A stretch of 57,259 nt of DNA from an uncultured virus (IMG/VR IMGVR_UViG_3300028920_000028). Its lineage: Duplodnaviria; Heunggongvirae; Uroviricota; Caudoviricetes. The notes below the pieces were generated by a model that was given only the letters and a program-made list of their open reading frames with translations, had not been told where the DNA came from and did no database searches. Positions 35,261 to 43,420 of the stretch are shown one piece after another. Position 1 is the stretch's first letter; every line of letters begins with the position of its first letter. Position numbers and translations under genes: made by a program. Where the stretch lies: the IMG/VR virus record IMGVR_UViG_3300028920_000028. One strand, written 5' to 3'.

Positions 35261-35733
35261 GTTGGGGCTCCTTTGGATCTAGCGTGGTTGGCATACATGT
35301 TGGCGTACATGCCTATCTTCGTCGGGCTCGTGGTCTTGGCCACGTTCCGGAGGATGCGGTGCAGGAACGGGTCGCTGTAGTCGGGGGACACCCCCCTCTT
35401 CGAGAGGGCGCCCAGGAACAGGTCGGCCCTCGGGTCCACACGCTCGTCTTCGGACTCCCGGGCCCGCCCGAGCTCGGGCATCGGGTTGCTGTCCGAGTAT
35501 ACCTGCTCGGGGTCGACATGGAAGTACTCGGCGTCGCTGTGCCTCACGTCCTCGATGTCCGAGACGCGGATGTCGAGGGGCTCGCCCTCCCTCGTCGTGA
35601 CCTTGAAGCGCTTGCCGTCGTAGGACGGATCGTCGTGCATGGCCCACCACGCGTCCCGCAGCGCCTTCTCCCTCTCGAAGGACTTGAGGTTGAACGTCCT
35701 CGACTCGCCGCTTCTCAGTGTGACGGTGATCAC
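35257..35733 (-). CDS. Hypothetical protein
   Basis: GTG start (MITVTLRSGE) overlapping the upstream stop. Confidence 0.65.
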   Translation of the reverse strand: MITVTLRSGESRTFNLKSFEREKALRDAWWAMHDDPSYDGKRFKVTTREGEPLDIRVSDIEDVRHSDAEYFHVDPEQVYSDSNPMPELGRARESEDERVDPRADLFLGALSKRGVSPDYSDPFLHRILRNVAKTTSPTKIGMYANMYANHARSKGAPT

Positions 35734-36224
35734 AGTTCCCTCCCCCTCTGAAACCTCACGGGGGCAAGAAGATCGACCTTGATGGCGGCGTGCTTCACCC
35801 CGGCCTCCTCGAACATGGCCTTGGTGCGCCTGTGGCTCTCCTCCCACTCGGGCCTGTCGTCGGCGTCCGCCCAAACCTTGTCGGTCAGCACGACCCAGAT
35901 GCCCGCCTGTATTATCGCCCGGGCGCACTCGGCGCATGGAAGCCCGTTCGTGTACATCGTGCATTGCTTGAGGCAGACCCCGGCGCGCGCCGCGTTGTAT
36001 ATGGCGTTGCGCTCGGCGTGCTCCATCCAATGGTACTTCTCGGGCCTTATGAGGCGCCCCGGCAGCGGTTTGACCTTGCGCACGAGGCCGTTGTACCCCG
36101 TCGAGCGGAGGATGTTGTCCTCCCCGACGACGACGGCCCCGACATGCGTGTCACGGTCGTCGCTGCGGCTGGCCACCATGTAGGCCATCGTCATCCAATA
36201 GGCATGCCACTCGACGGGTATCAT
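35730..36224 (-). CDS. dCMP deaminase
   Basis: VGAVVV, TGYNG, HAERNAI, PCAEC. Confidence 0.92.
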   Translation of the reverse strand: MIPVEWHAYWMTMAYMVASRSDDRDTHVGAVVVGEDNILRSTGYNGLVRKVKPLPGRLIRPEKYHWMEHAERNAIYNAARAGVCLKQCTMYTNGLPCAECARAIIQAGIWVVLTDKVWADADDRPEWEESHRRTKAMFEEAGVKHAAIKVDLLAPVRFQRGREL

Positions 36225-36661
36225 CAGCCCTTGGCCCCGTGGTCGCGCATGGCGACGGAGGAGAGATGGGACAGCTTGTTGCCGAGGATCCTCACGGCCG
36301 GCAGGTCGAGGTCTATGGCGGGGCTGAGCCGGATCTCCCCGCCCGCGAGCACGAGAAGGGACAGTTTCAGGCGGCGGAAGAACGCGCCGATGACCTGGAA
36401 CAGCCTCCACGGCCACGGCTTGACTATGCGCCAAGGCTCGTGGACATACCATTCCGACGGGAACGAGAAGTCCACGGAACTGAAGGACAGGTTGTCGTCC
36501 TTGTCCCGCTCCCAGTAGAAATCGATCTTCATAAGGTGCTCGAGGTTGTCGCAGAAGGAGCACTCGACGTAGACCGACGCTGTGTACATCTTCTCATCCC
36601 CGCAATCCGCCTCCGTGACGTTCGAGACTGTCACGGGATCCTTCCTGTCCGTGCTGTCCAT
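36224..36661 (-). CDS. Hypothetical protein
   Basis: 145 aa, collinear with neighbours. Confidence 0.6.
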   Translation of the reverse strand: MDSTDRKDPVTVSNVTEADCGDEKMYTASVYVECSFCDNLEHLMKIDFYWERDKDDNLSFSSVDFSFPSEWYVHEPWRIVKPWPWRLFQVIGAFFRRLKLSLLVLAGGEIRLSPAIDLDLPAVRILGNKLSHLSSVAMRDHGAKG

Positions 36662-36664
36662 GCG

Positions 36665-38635
36665 CTACCCCTCAAATAGGCTCTCGGTGACTATCCTCAC
36701 GGAGTCGTCCCTCACGGCCCCCGGCTTGTCGTCCGCGGGGATGGCGGGGGCGCCGCCCGCCAGCGTGAAGAACTCGTTCTCGTCTATGATCTTGACCCCC
36801 AGCTTCGTCGCCTTGCGGTTCTTGGAACTGCCGCTGTTCGGGTCGTTCGTGACCAGATACCCCAACCCGGCCCCGACGCTCGTCTTGGCCACGCCGCCCC
36901 TTTCCGCCACGAAGTTCTGGAACGTCTTGCGGTCCATCGCCTTGAGGGAGCCGGTGACGCAGAACGACTTGCCCGTCAGAGGCCCCACGACCTTCCGTTT
37001 GATCCTCACCACGCGCAGTATGTCGTCCGCGATGGGGGCTATCTGCTCGAGGCCCTCGATGATGCTCGCGGCCTTCGACTCGCCAATCTTGGAGAGTTTC
37101 ATCAGATCCTCCGCCTTGGCCCCCGCCACGCCATCCCACGTGCCGTACCTCTCGGCAAGGAGGGCCGCCGTCGACTTGGCGCACTTCGGTATCCCGAGGG
37201 CCTCGATGAACTTCTCGAGGAACATCTCATTGGTGTCCATGAGCGCCTTGAAGAACGACATGATCGTCTTCTGCCCCATGCCGGGTATCGCCGCCACATC
37301 CTGCTTCTGCAGCGAATAGAGGTCGGCCACCGACTTGACCTTCCCCATGAGGTACAGGGCATCCACGAAGCTGTCCGAGAATCCCTTGACCCCTATGACC
37401 TGCAGCCAATAGGTTATCCTGGCGACATCCCTTTGGTGGCACCTCTTGGAGCGGCACCACAGGTTCACGCCGTCGTCCTCCAACTTGGATTCGCAGGACG
37501 GGCATATGTCCGGTATCTCATAGTCGTCGCCCGGGACCACCACCTCGACTATCTGCGGGATGATGTCGCCGCGCTTCTCGATGGTGACCTCGGCCCCCAC
37601 CCCGATGAACCTCTCGCGGATGTAGTCGTAGTTGTGGACCGACGCCTTCCTGATGGTGCTCCCCATCAGCTTCACCGGCGCCAGGGTGGCCACGGGGGCG
37701 ACCCTCCCGGTGCGCCCGACGCTCGGCACTATCGAAAGCACCTTCGTCGAGGCCTGGTCGGAGTCGAACTTCAATGCCATCTGACCAAGAGGCCTGTTCC
37801 TCTCCACGCCGAGCTGATCCTGCTGCTCGATGCTGTCCAGCTTGAGAACGAGGCCGTCTATCTCGTAGGGCAGCTTCGGCCTCTGCTCCTTCACCTTGCG
37901 GTAGGTGTCGAGTATGCCCTCCACGTCGGGGCATTCGTAGGTTTCCACGACATCGAAGCCCAGCTTCTTGAGGGCCGCGACCTTCTCCATTTCCGTCTTG
38001 GCCTTCCCGGTCACATTGTAGGCCATGAACCGGATGTACTTGCTGTATTTGCCGTCGTATCGCCGGGCTATGCCGGCGGCGGCGTTGCGCGGGTTCTCGT
38101 ACTTGTCCCCGACCATCCTCTGGACGGCTTGGTAGTCCGCCGTGTTGAAGAGGCCCTCGCCGCGGACCGCGAGCTTGTTGGCTATCGGGAGGATGCCGGG
38201 CACGTCCCTGAACATGCAGACGTTCGGGGTTATGTTCTCGCCCACGACCCCGTTGCCCCTGGTGACGGCGGACTTGATCTTGGCCGCGTATTTCAGTTCA
38301 AGCGAAAACCCGTCCAGCTTGTGCTGAAGCACCCATCTGGCGGACTTGACCCCGAGAAGGCCGAGGGTCTTGTCCACGTAGGCCCTGATGTCATCCTCGT
38401 TGTCGACCTTGTTCTGCGACCCCATGGCGATGTCATGCGACTCCTTCGACCAGCCGCTACTCGGTACATGGCCCACCTTTGCCAGGCGGGGATGGTCGGG
38501 CGGGAGCTGACGTAGCACCCCGTCCTTGAACAGGTCGTACGCGGCATCGGAAACCAGCGGCTTGCCGTTATAGTAGGCGTCGTCGTACTTGTCGAGGAGG
38601 TCGAGCCTCCTCTTGAGTTCCGGGTCAGTCTTCAT
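36665..38635 (-). CDS. ligA: NAD-dependent DNA ligase
   Basis: DAYY..PLVSDAAYD, KLDG, TRGNG..GENIT, NPRNAAAG, IDGLVLK, GRTG, Zn finger, HhH, BRCT. Confidence 0.97.
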   Translation of the reverse strand: MKTDPELKRRLDLLDKYDDAYYNGKPLVSDAAYDLFKDGVLRQLPPDHPRLAKVGHVPSSGWSKESHDIAMGSQNKVDNEDDIRAYVDKTLGLLGVKSARWVLQHKLDGFSLELKYAAKIKSAVTRGNGVVGENITPNVCMFRDVPGILPIANKLAVRGEGLFNTADYQAVQRMVGDKYENPRNAAAGIARRYDGKYSKYIRFMAYNVTGKAKTEMEKVAALKKLGFDVVETYECPDVEGILDTYRKVKEQRPKLPYEIDGLVLKLDSIEQQDQLGVERNRPLGQMALKFDSDQASTKVLSIVPSVGRTGRVAPVATLAPVKLMGSTIRKASVHNYDYIRERFIGVGAEVTIEKRGDIIPQIVEVVVPGDDYEIPDICPSCESKLEDDGVNLWCRSKRCHQRDVARITYWLQVIGVKGFSDSFVDALYLMGKVKSVADLYSLQKQDVAAIPGMGQKTIMSFFKALMDTNEMFLEKFIEALGIPKCAKSTAALLAERYGTWDGVAGAKAEDLMKLSKIGESKAASIIEGLEQIAPIADDILRVVRIKRKVVGPLTGKSFCVTGSLKAMDRKTFQNFVAERGGVAKTSVGAGLGYLVTNDPNSGSSKNRKATKLGVKIIDENEFFTLAGGAPAIPADDKPGAVRDDSVRIVTESLFEG

Positions 38636-39080
38636 CGGTGGCCTCCGGACACGTGAACCGCCGGCTCAGGAACATGCCGATGGTCTCGATTCTGCCGCCC
38701 TGCAAGCCGTCCCTCGAAGGGTGCGGGTCATGGGCGATTGTCGCCCCGTGGATCCTGTCCAGCCTCATGACGACCGCGTGCCTGGCCTCCAGGAACCGGG
38801 GGGAGCGCCCCGAGCCGACCACGTAAATGCCGTCCATGGGCACGAACACGCTCCACACCCTCGGCTCGATCGGCCACTCGCAGTACCACAAGCCCTGCGG
38901 CGCGAGCCATTGGTCGAGCGAGTACGTCCAATGGAACTTCGCCAACCTGTCGATGGCCATGAAGTGAGGCACCAGCCCGACCTTCAGTTCGAAGATGCTG
39001 GCCACGCAAGCCCGCAGGCAGTCCCCCATGGGCTGCTCATCACCCTCCATCGGGAGATCTATCATGTCCACCGGCTTCAT
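38625..39080 (-). CDS. Hypothetical phage protein (papain-like Cys/His pattern)
   Basis: GDCLRACVASIFEL...SPR..HAVV...HDPHPS. Confidence 0.65.
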   Translation of the reverse strand: MKPVDMIDLPMEGDEQPMGDCLRACVASIFELKVGLVPHFMAIDRLAKFHWTYSLDQWLAPQGLWYCEWPIEPRVWSVFVPMDGIYVVGSGRSPRFLEARHAVVMRLDRIHGATIAHDPHPSRDGLQGGRIETIGMFLSRRFTCPEATDED

Positions 39081-39083
39081 TGG

Positions 39084-39464
39084 TCACTTCCTCTCGGTTA
39101 CCTGGACGCACGACCATATCGGTATCAAGTACTCGACCTTCTTCAGTACGTCCCTCACCACCCAATAGCCGCTGCTTGTCACCGGGAACGTTTCGGCGTC
39201 CACATCCATGGTGGTGCCGTCAACAAACTCAACAGTCACCTTGGTCGGCAGGCCAAACCCCATGCACCCTATGTAATCGTCGGTGCTCTTCACGTACAGC
39301 ACGGATGCCGCAGAAAAGGCGCGGGCTGGCTCACCCCCCATCGAATACGGCATGATACAGCCCTCGGTCCGACCGTACTTACCCTCGAACTCAAACCGAC
39401 GACCGTCCTTCAGAATAATCTCGATATGGCGCTTCTGCTCAAGGGCCGGATATGTTTCGTTCAT
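39084..39464 (-). CDS. Hypothetical beta-rich protein
   Basis: Starts MNETYP; two similar I/V.I/V.(L/F).DG halves. Confidence 0.6.
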   Translation of the reverse strand: MNETYPALEQKRHIEIILKDGRRFEFEGKYGRTEGCIMPYSMGGEPARAFSAASVLYVKSTDDYIGCMGFGLPTKVTVEFVDGTTMDVDAETFPVTSSGYWVVRDVLKKVEYLIPIWSCVQVTERK

Positions 39465-40009
39465 CCCTCGCCCTCCTCCTGATCCTCCTCCCACTCGACG
39501 ACGAACATGACGCTGCCATCGCTGTTGCCGAAGAAGTTGGGCATCCTGTCCCGCGCCCGCTTCAGGGCGCAGTAGCACGGCAGCAGCACCCTCCATGTCG
39601 GGCTCTTGCGCTCCTCCTCGATGACCTGCTTCTTCTGCTCCTCGCTCAGGTTGTCGAGGGATCTGTTCGACAGTATTGTGTACTGCGAGGGGTTCTCAAC
39701 CTGCCCCTTCGCGATGTTGATGATCCTGTAGCCCTTGCCGAAGCAGTCGCGGCAGCTCGACCTCGCGTGCTCCGACACCTCGTCGACGGTGACGTGGCGC
39801 GGGTGTATGTACAGTTTCGTCCCGTCGCCCACGCCGTGTTCGACCTCGTCGAACTCGACCCCGTCCGCATCGGTCAGCCTGCTGCCGTCGTCGCGCACCT
39901 TGCGCGCCTCGAGGATCTTGTTGATCACCAATTCCACGTTGACGCGTCCGACCCTCTCCGAGAAGTCGCCCGTGCCCTCAACCCTCCTGGGTTGTTTCTT
40001 CTTCGCCAT
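39461..40009 (-). CDS. Hypothetical protein with DnaJ-like CxxCxGxG motif
   Basis: CRDCFGKG...PCYC. Confidence 0.65.
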   Translation of the reverse strand: MAKKKQPRRVEGTGDFSERVGRVNVELVINKILEARKVRDDGSRLTDADGVEFDEVEHGVGDGTKLYIHPRHVTVDEVSEHARSSCRDCFGKGYRIINIAKGQVENPSQYTILSNRSLDNLSEEQKKQVIEEERKSPTWRVLLPCYCALKRARDRMPNFFGNSDGSVMFVVEWEEDQEEGEG

Positions 40010-41126
40010 TCCCTGTGTCCTCGTCCGGCACGGCCCTGGAGAAGACGAGGTTCACGTACCTCCCCGCCGCCCTCTCCAAGGCGAGCCTCTTCAAGCTGTC
40101 GAAGTCCTTCGCCACCAGCGCCACGTGGCGCGCCAAATCGAGCCTCGTCACTATGTCGCCCGCCTGCTCGGCCTCGTGGAACACGGCCGTCCTCATGGGG
40201 GCGGTCAGCCCCTTGCTGCGGCATATGTGCAGGCAGTCCTGCCTCACGGAGTATATGCCCTCCGTGGCGGCGCGCAACGCCGTCCCTATCTCGCCCGCCT
40301 CCCCGCGGAGCCTCTCGAGGAGGGCGGGGACCATCTCGGAGACCTGCTGCGCCTGCAAACCCACGTACTTGGACGTGAAGAAGGGATCCCCGCCGTAGAG
40401 CGCGGCGAAGGACACCTTGTGGACGGGATCGTGCACAAGCGCGTCCACGCTCATCGGGCACGCACCCAGCTCGGAGAACACGAGGTCGAAGGCCATCCTG
40501 TACTCGGCGCCCTTGAAGGGCACCCTGTCGTCGGTGACGAACCGCGCGTGCAGTATCAGGTCGTCCTTGCCGTCCCCGAATGCGAACTCCACCCCGCCGT
40601 TGCCGCCCAGCGCCTTCAAGACGGCGGACACCACATCGGACGACCGGGGCGGCACGGCCCTCTCGGCGAAGATAGCCCGTATCATCGCCACGCTCGCGCC
40701 CTCGCGGATCCTCGCCACGGCCCGCCCCTTCTTGTCGTCCGCGTCGAGGCCCGCCTGGAGCGACCTGACGATCGACTCCCTCATGGCGGGTCGGTTGGAC
40801 GAGAAGAAGGAGTGGGGGACGCCCAGGAGCCTGCAGAACTGCTTCTGGGCGTGGACTATCCTGGGATCCTTGGGGCTGGTCGGGTCGCGCTTGAAGTCCA
40901 GCCGGCGGGGCAGCGCGCCCTCGGGCATGTCCAGCCACATCCCGTTGTCGCCCGCCCTGAAGCGGACGGTGCGCAGGTCGACGAACATGTCCCTCCCCCC
41001 GGAGGACCACTCCGCGAGCCTGCGCACCAAGGAGTCGCCGTCCTCGCCGGGCGCGCCGGGGGCGGGCGCCCCCTTGTCCGACGGCCGTACAGACCCCAGA
41101 AGTTCATCGATGGATATATCAGGCAT
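39978..41126 (-). CDS. DUF932-like hypothetical protein
   Basis: AQKQFCRLLGVP..FF, MIRAIF; 382 aa. Confidence 0.5.
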   Translation of the reverse strand: MPDISIDELLGSVRPSDKGAPAPGAPGEDGDSLVRRLAEWSSGGRDMFVDLRTVRFRAGDNGMWLDMPEGALPRRLDFKRDPTSPKDPRIVHAQKQFCRLLGVPHSFFSSNRPAMRESIVRSLQAGLDADDKKGRAVARIREGASVAMIRAIFAERAVPPRSSDVVSAVLKALGGNGGVEFAFGDGKDDLILHARFVTDDRVPFKGAEYRMAFDLVFSELGACPMSVDALVHDPVHKVSFAALYGGDPFFTSKYVGLQAQQVSEMVPALLERLRGEAGEIGTALRAATEGIYSVRQDCLHICRSKGLTAPMRTAVFHEAEQAGDIVTRLDLARHVALVAKDFDSLKRLALERAAGRYVNLVFSRAVPDEDTGNGEEETTQEG

Positions 41127-41171
41127 TCCGCAACCGTAACGTCTCGATGTTATATGTGCGCCGCCGATGTT

Positions 41172-41200
41172 AATATACTTATTGCGAAGGTCGGATTTAA
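41172..41200 (-). promoter_or_regulatory. Putative promoter TTAAAT-N17-TATATT
   Basis: Shared -10 hexamer; intergenic. Confidence 0.55.
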
Positions 41201-41216
41201 CCCGAAATCGTCTTGC

Positions 41217-41738
41217 TCAGGCGAATATCTGCTCGGTCCGAATGCACTCCATGACATGCGACAAGTCGCTGTCCCTAGCCAAGTTGAACACGGGAATGCC
41301 ATAATGGGACGCAACCCGCAGAGCCTGCGCCGTGCCGCCGACCCTCCGTCCGCCGCTCGTCCAGCACACGATGAACCTGGAAGGGTCGTCGAGACCCCTG
41401 CCGAGCACTTGGTAGCAGTTGCGGGCATGCAGTTCGCGCGCGCCCGTGGACAGGGCATCCCATGCCGGGTGGAACGACTCCGCCATTTTGAGGGCCGCCT
41501 CGTCCACGCCCTCATATGGGGAGGTTCTGGTGTTGAAGCCCCGCCAGGGCAGATACACCTCCTTCATCGACCCGTCCGAAACGCCGGCCTCGAACGCGGC
41601 GTCGGCCCCGACCGCGCCCCCGGAGCGCAGGACGTACCCCCTGCGCTCCAGAAAGTACGCGATGCGGGTCATCAACTTCATGACCTCGAAAGGCGTCCGC
41701 CTGCTACCCACGCCCGTGTAGCACGGCCTAGAATGCAA
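41217..41738 (-). CDS. DprA/Smf-like (SLOG) Rossmann protein
   Basis: YTGVGSRRTP, LRSGGAVGAD, HARN..QVLG, GGTAQALRVA; probable TTG start. Confidence 0.8.
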   Translation of the reverse strand: MHSRPCYTGVGSRRTPFEVMKLMTRIAYFLERRGYVLRSGGAVGADAAFEAGVSDGSMKEVYLPWRGFNTRTSPYEGVDEAALKMAESFHPAWDALSTGARELHARNCYQVLGRGLDDPSRFIVCWTSGGRRVGGTAQALRVASHYGIPVFNLARDSDLSHVMECIRTEQIFA

Positions 41739-42501
41739 AGACCTGTCCCTTCGCGACGAAATCCGCGAAACCGTCCTGCTTGGCATTGGGAAGGCCCTCG
41801 GCGTCGCCGTTCCAATGATAGAGGTACATCTTGGCCTTCTGCTCTTTTGGAAGCCCCTTCAAGTCCTCATAATGGGCGTGCACCCCGGACGCAAACGGGG
41901 CGGTCTCACAGTCATGGAACACGACATCAGCGTCGGCGATGAAGTCTTTCAGCTGCGCCGGGGCGAACTGCGTATCCGATGTGATGAACACCTTGGCGCC
42001 GTGCTCCGTCGTAATCATCAGCCCGAAGGACTTCACAAAGGTGGTGTCCGCCACCACATGCACAGTCTGCACCGTCTTGCAATGGATGCCGTCGAAGTCG
42101 AACGACCCGCTGTTCGGCAGCTTCACGACATCGAAAAACGTGTCGAGGGTGCTGTCCATCATCTGGATGGAATCGAGACCCCCCTTCAGGCTGTGGTGCC
42201 ACAGGTCATGAAGAAGCTTGGAGTTGCCGTACAACACGGGCTTGAATCCGGTCTTCACCGTTTTCACGAAATAGTTGGTGAAGGCGACATACTCCAGCCC
42301 CCCGACATGGTCGGCGTGAAGATGGGATATGTAGACGGCGTCGATATCCAAGGCCGTGAGTTCCTTCTCCCTGAGCGCCCATCGGATGTCGCCCCCGCAG
42401 TCGAATAGCATCCTCTTTCCGCTCTCACCCGTCAGCAGCATGTTGCTCTGGTAGTTGTCGACCGTGAACGCGGATCCGCTTCCCAAAAATGTTATGTGCA
42501 T
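41728..42501 (-). CDS. Metallo-beta-lactamase-fold hydrolase (RNase Z/cyclic phosphodiesterase-like)
   Basis: FLGSGSAF, DCG, SHLHADHVGG, TSDT, HAHY. Confidence 0.9.
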   Translation of the reverse strand: MHITFLGSGSAFTVDNYQSNMLLTGESGKRMLFDCGGDIRWALREKELTALDIDAVYISHLHADHVGGLEYVAFTNYFVKTVKTGFKPVLYGNSKLLHDLWHHSLKGGLDSIQMMDSTLDTFFDVVKLPNSGSFDFDGIHCKTVQTVHVVADTTFVKSFGLMITTEHGAKVFITSDTQFAPAQLKDFIADADVVFHDCETAPFASGVHAHYEDLKGLPKEQKAKMYLYHWNGDAEGLPNAKQDGFADFVAKGQVFAF

Positions 42502-42533
42502 GTGAAACCCCTTGAGTTGAAGTAGCCTTGATT

Positions 42534-43409
42534 TTATTGTGTCCCGGTTTCAGGCTGCGCGCCGCGACCCTCGTCACGCTTCTTCCTGTCCCTCTTCGCG
42601 ATCTGGGCCTGGCGGTTGCGGAGGTACTTCAGCCTCGCCAAGGCGTCCCGGTACACGAAGCCCCGGGGGAGGGACACGTCGCCCTTGTTGAACCGCTCTA
42701 TCTGCCCCTGCACGTTCCGTATCTCCTCCGTGATCTCGCCCCACGTCAGGCTGCGCGACCTCTTCTGCGCCGACTTCATGACCTTGCCCCTCCATTCCTC
42801 GTATGACTCCCTCACCTGCTCCTTTATCATCTTGACCATGTTGTTGGACACCCCCAGGATGCGGGCCACGTCCGCGCCGTTGCACCCGCTCGTGCGGTAT
42901 TTCAGGTAGCTGCTTATCCGCGACGCAGCCTTGGGCGTCCTCGTCCGGCGCACGTAGCGCATGAAGTCCCCGAGCTCGATGTTCGCGTGGATGTCGTCGT
43001 TGAGGCACACGTGCGACGCGCCGTAGCGGGGATCCACGACGTTGTCGATGTACGGGCTCTGACCGACGACCGCCGTGCGCTCGTAGACCTCGACCACCGC
43101 GTCGTCGTCCGACCCCCTGTTGCGCCCGCCCTCGCGCACCCACGAAACAAGCGTGTGCTTCGCCCGGGGGTTGCGGTTGGCGAGCACGGGGAAGAGCCAC
43201 GAGAACAGCGTCATGATGTACGTCTTGAACGTGCCGCGGCTCGGATCGTACGTGTCGAGGGCCCTCGTCTCGATCAGCTTGACGTAGAACTCCTGCACCG
43301 TGTCCTGGATGATGTCGGCATCCCGTATGCCCGTCTTGTAGGCCATGTACCGCCAAAGATCCCCCTCGTTTTTCCTCGCGAACTCGTCGACGTTGGTGAC
43401 TCTAACCAT
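42534..43409 (-). CDS. RNA polymerase sigma-factor-like protein
   Basis: Region 2-like DTVQEFYVKLI...YDPSRGTFKTYI; region 4 HTH GADVARILGVSNNMV. Confidence 0.75.
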   Translation of the reverse strand: MVRVTNVDEFARKNEGDLWRYMAYKTGIRDADIIQDTVQEFYVKLIETRALDTYDPSRGTFKTYIMTLFSWLFPVLANRNPRAKHTLVSWVREGGRNRGSDDDAVVEVYERTAVVGQSPYIDNVVDPRYGASHVCLNDDIHANIELGDFMRYVRRTRTPKAASRISSYLKYRTSGCNGADVARILGVSNNMVKMIKEQVRESYEEWRGKVMKSAQKRSRSLTWGEITEEIRNVQGQIERFNKGDVSLPRGFVYRDALARLKYLRNRQAQIAKRDRKKRDEGRGAQPETGTQ

Positions 43410-43420
43410 TTGGAAGCCTC

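Noticed and set aside
39735..41942. Long plus-strand ORFs (735 aa here; also 23840..25747, 54269..56380 and others)
   Set aside because: Antisense shadows of well-supported minus-strand genes in high-GC DNA; no motifs and unnatural composition
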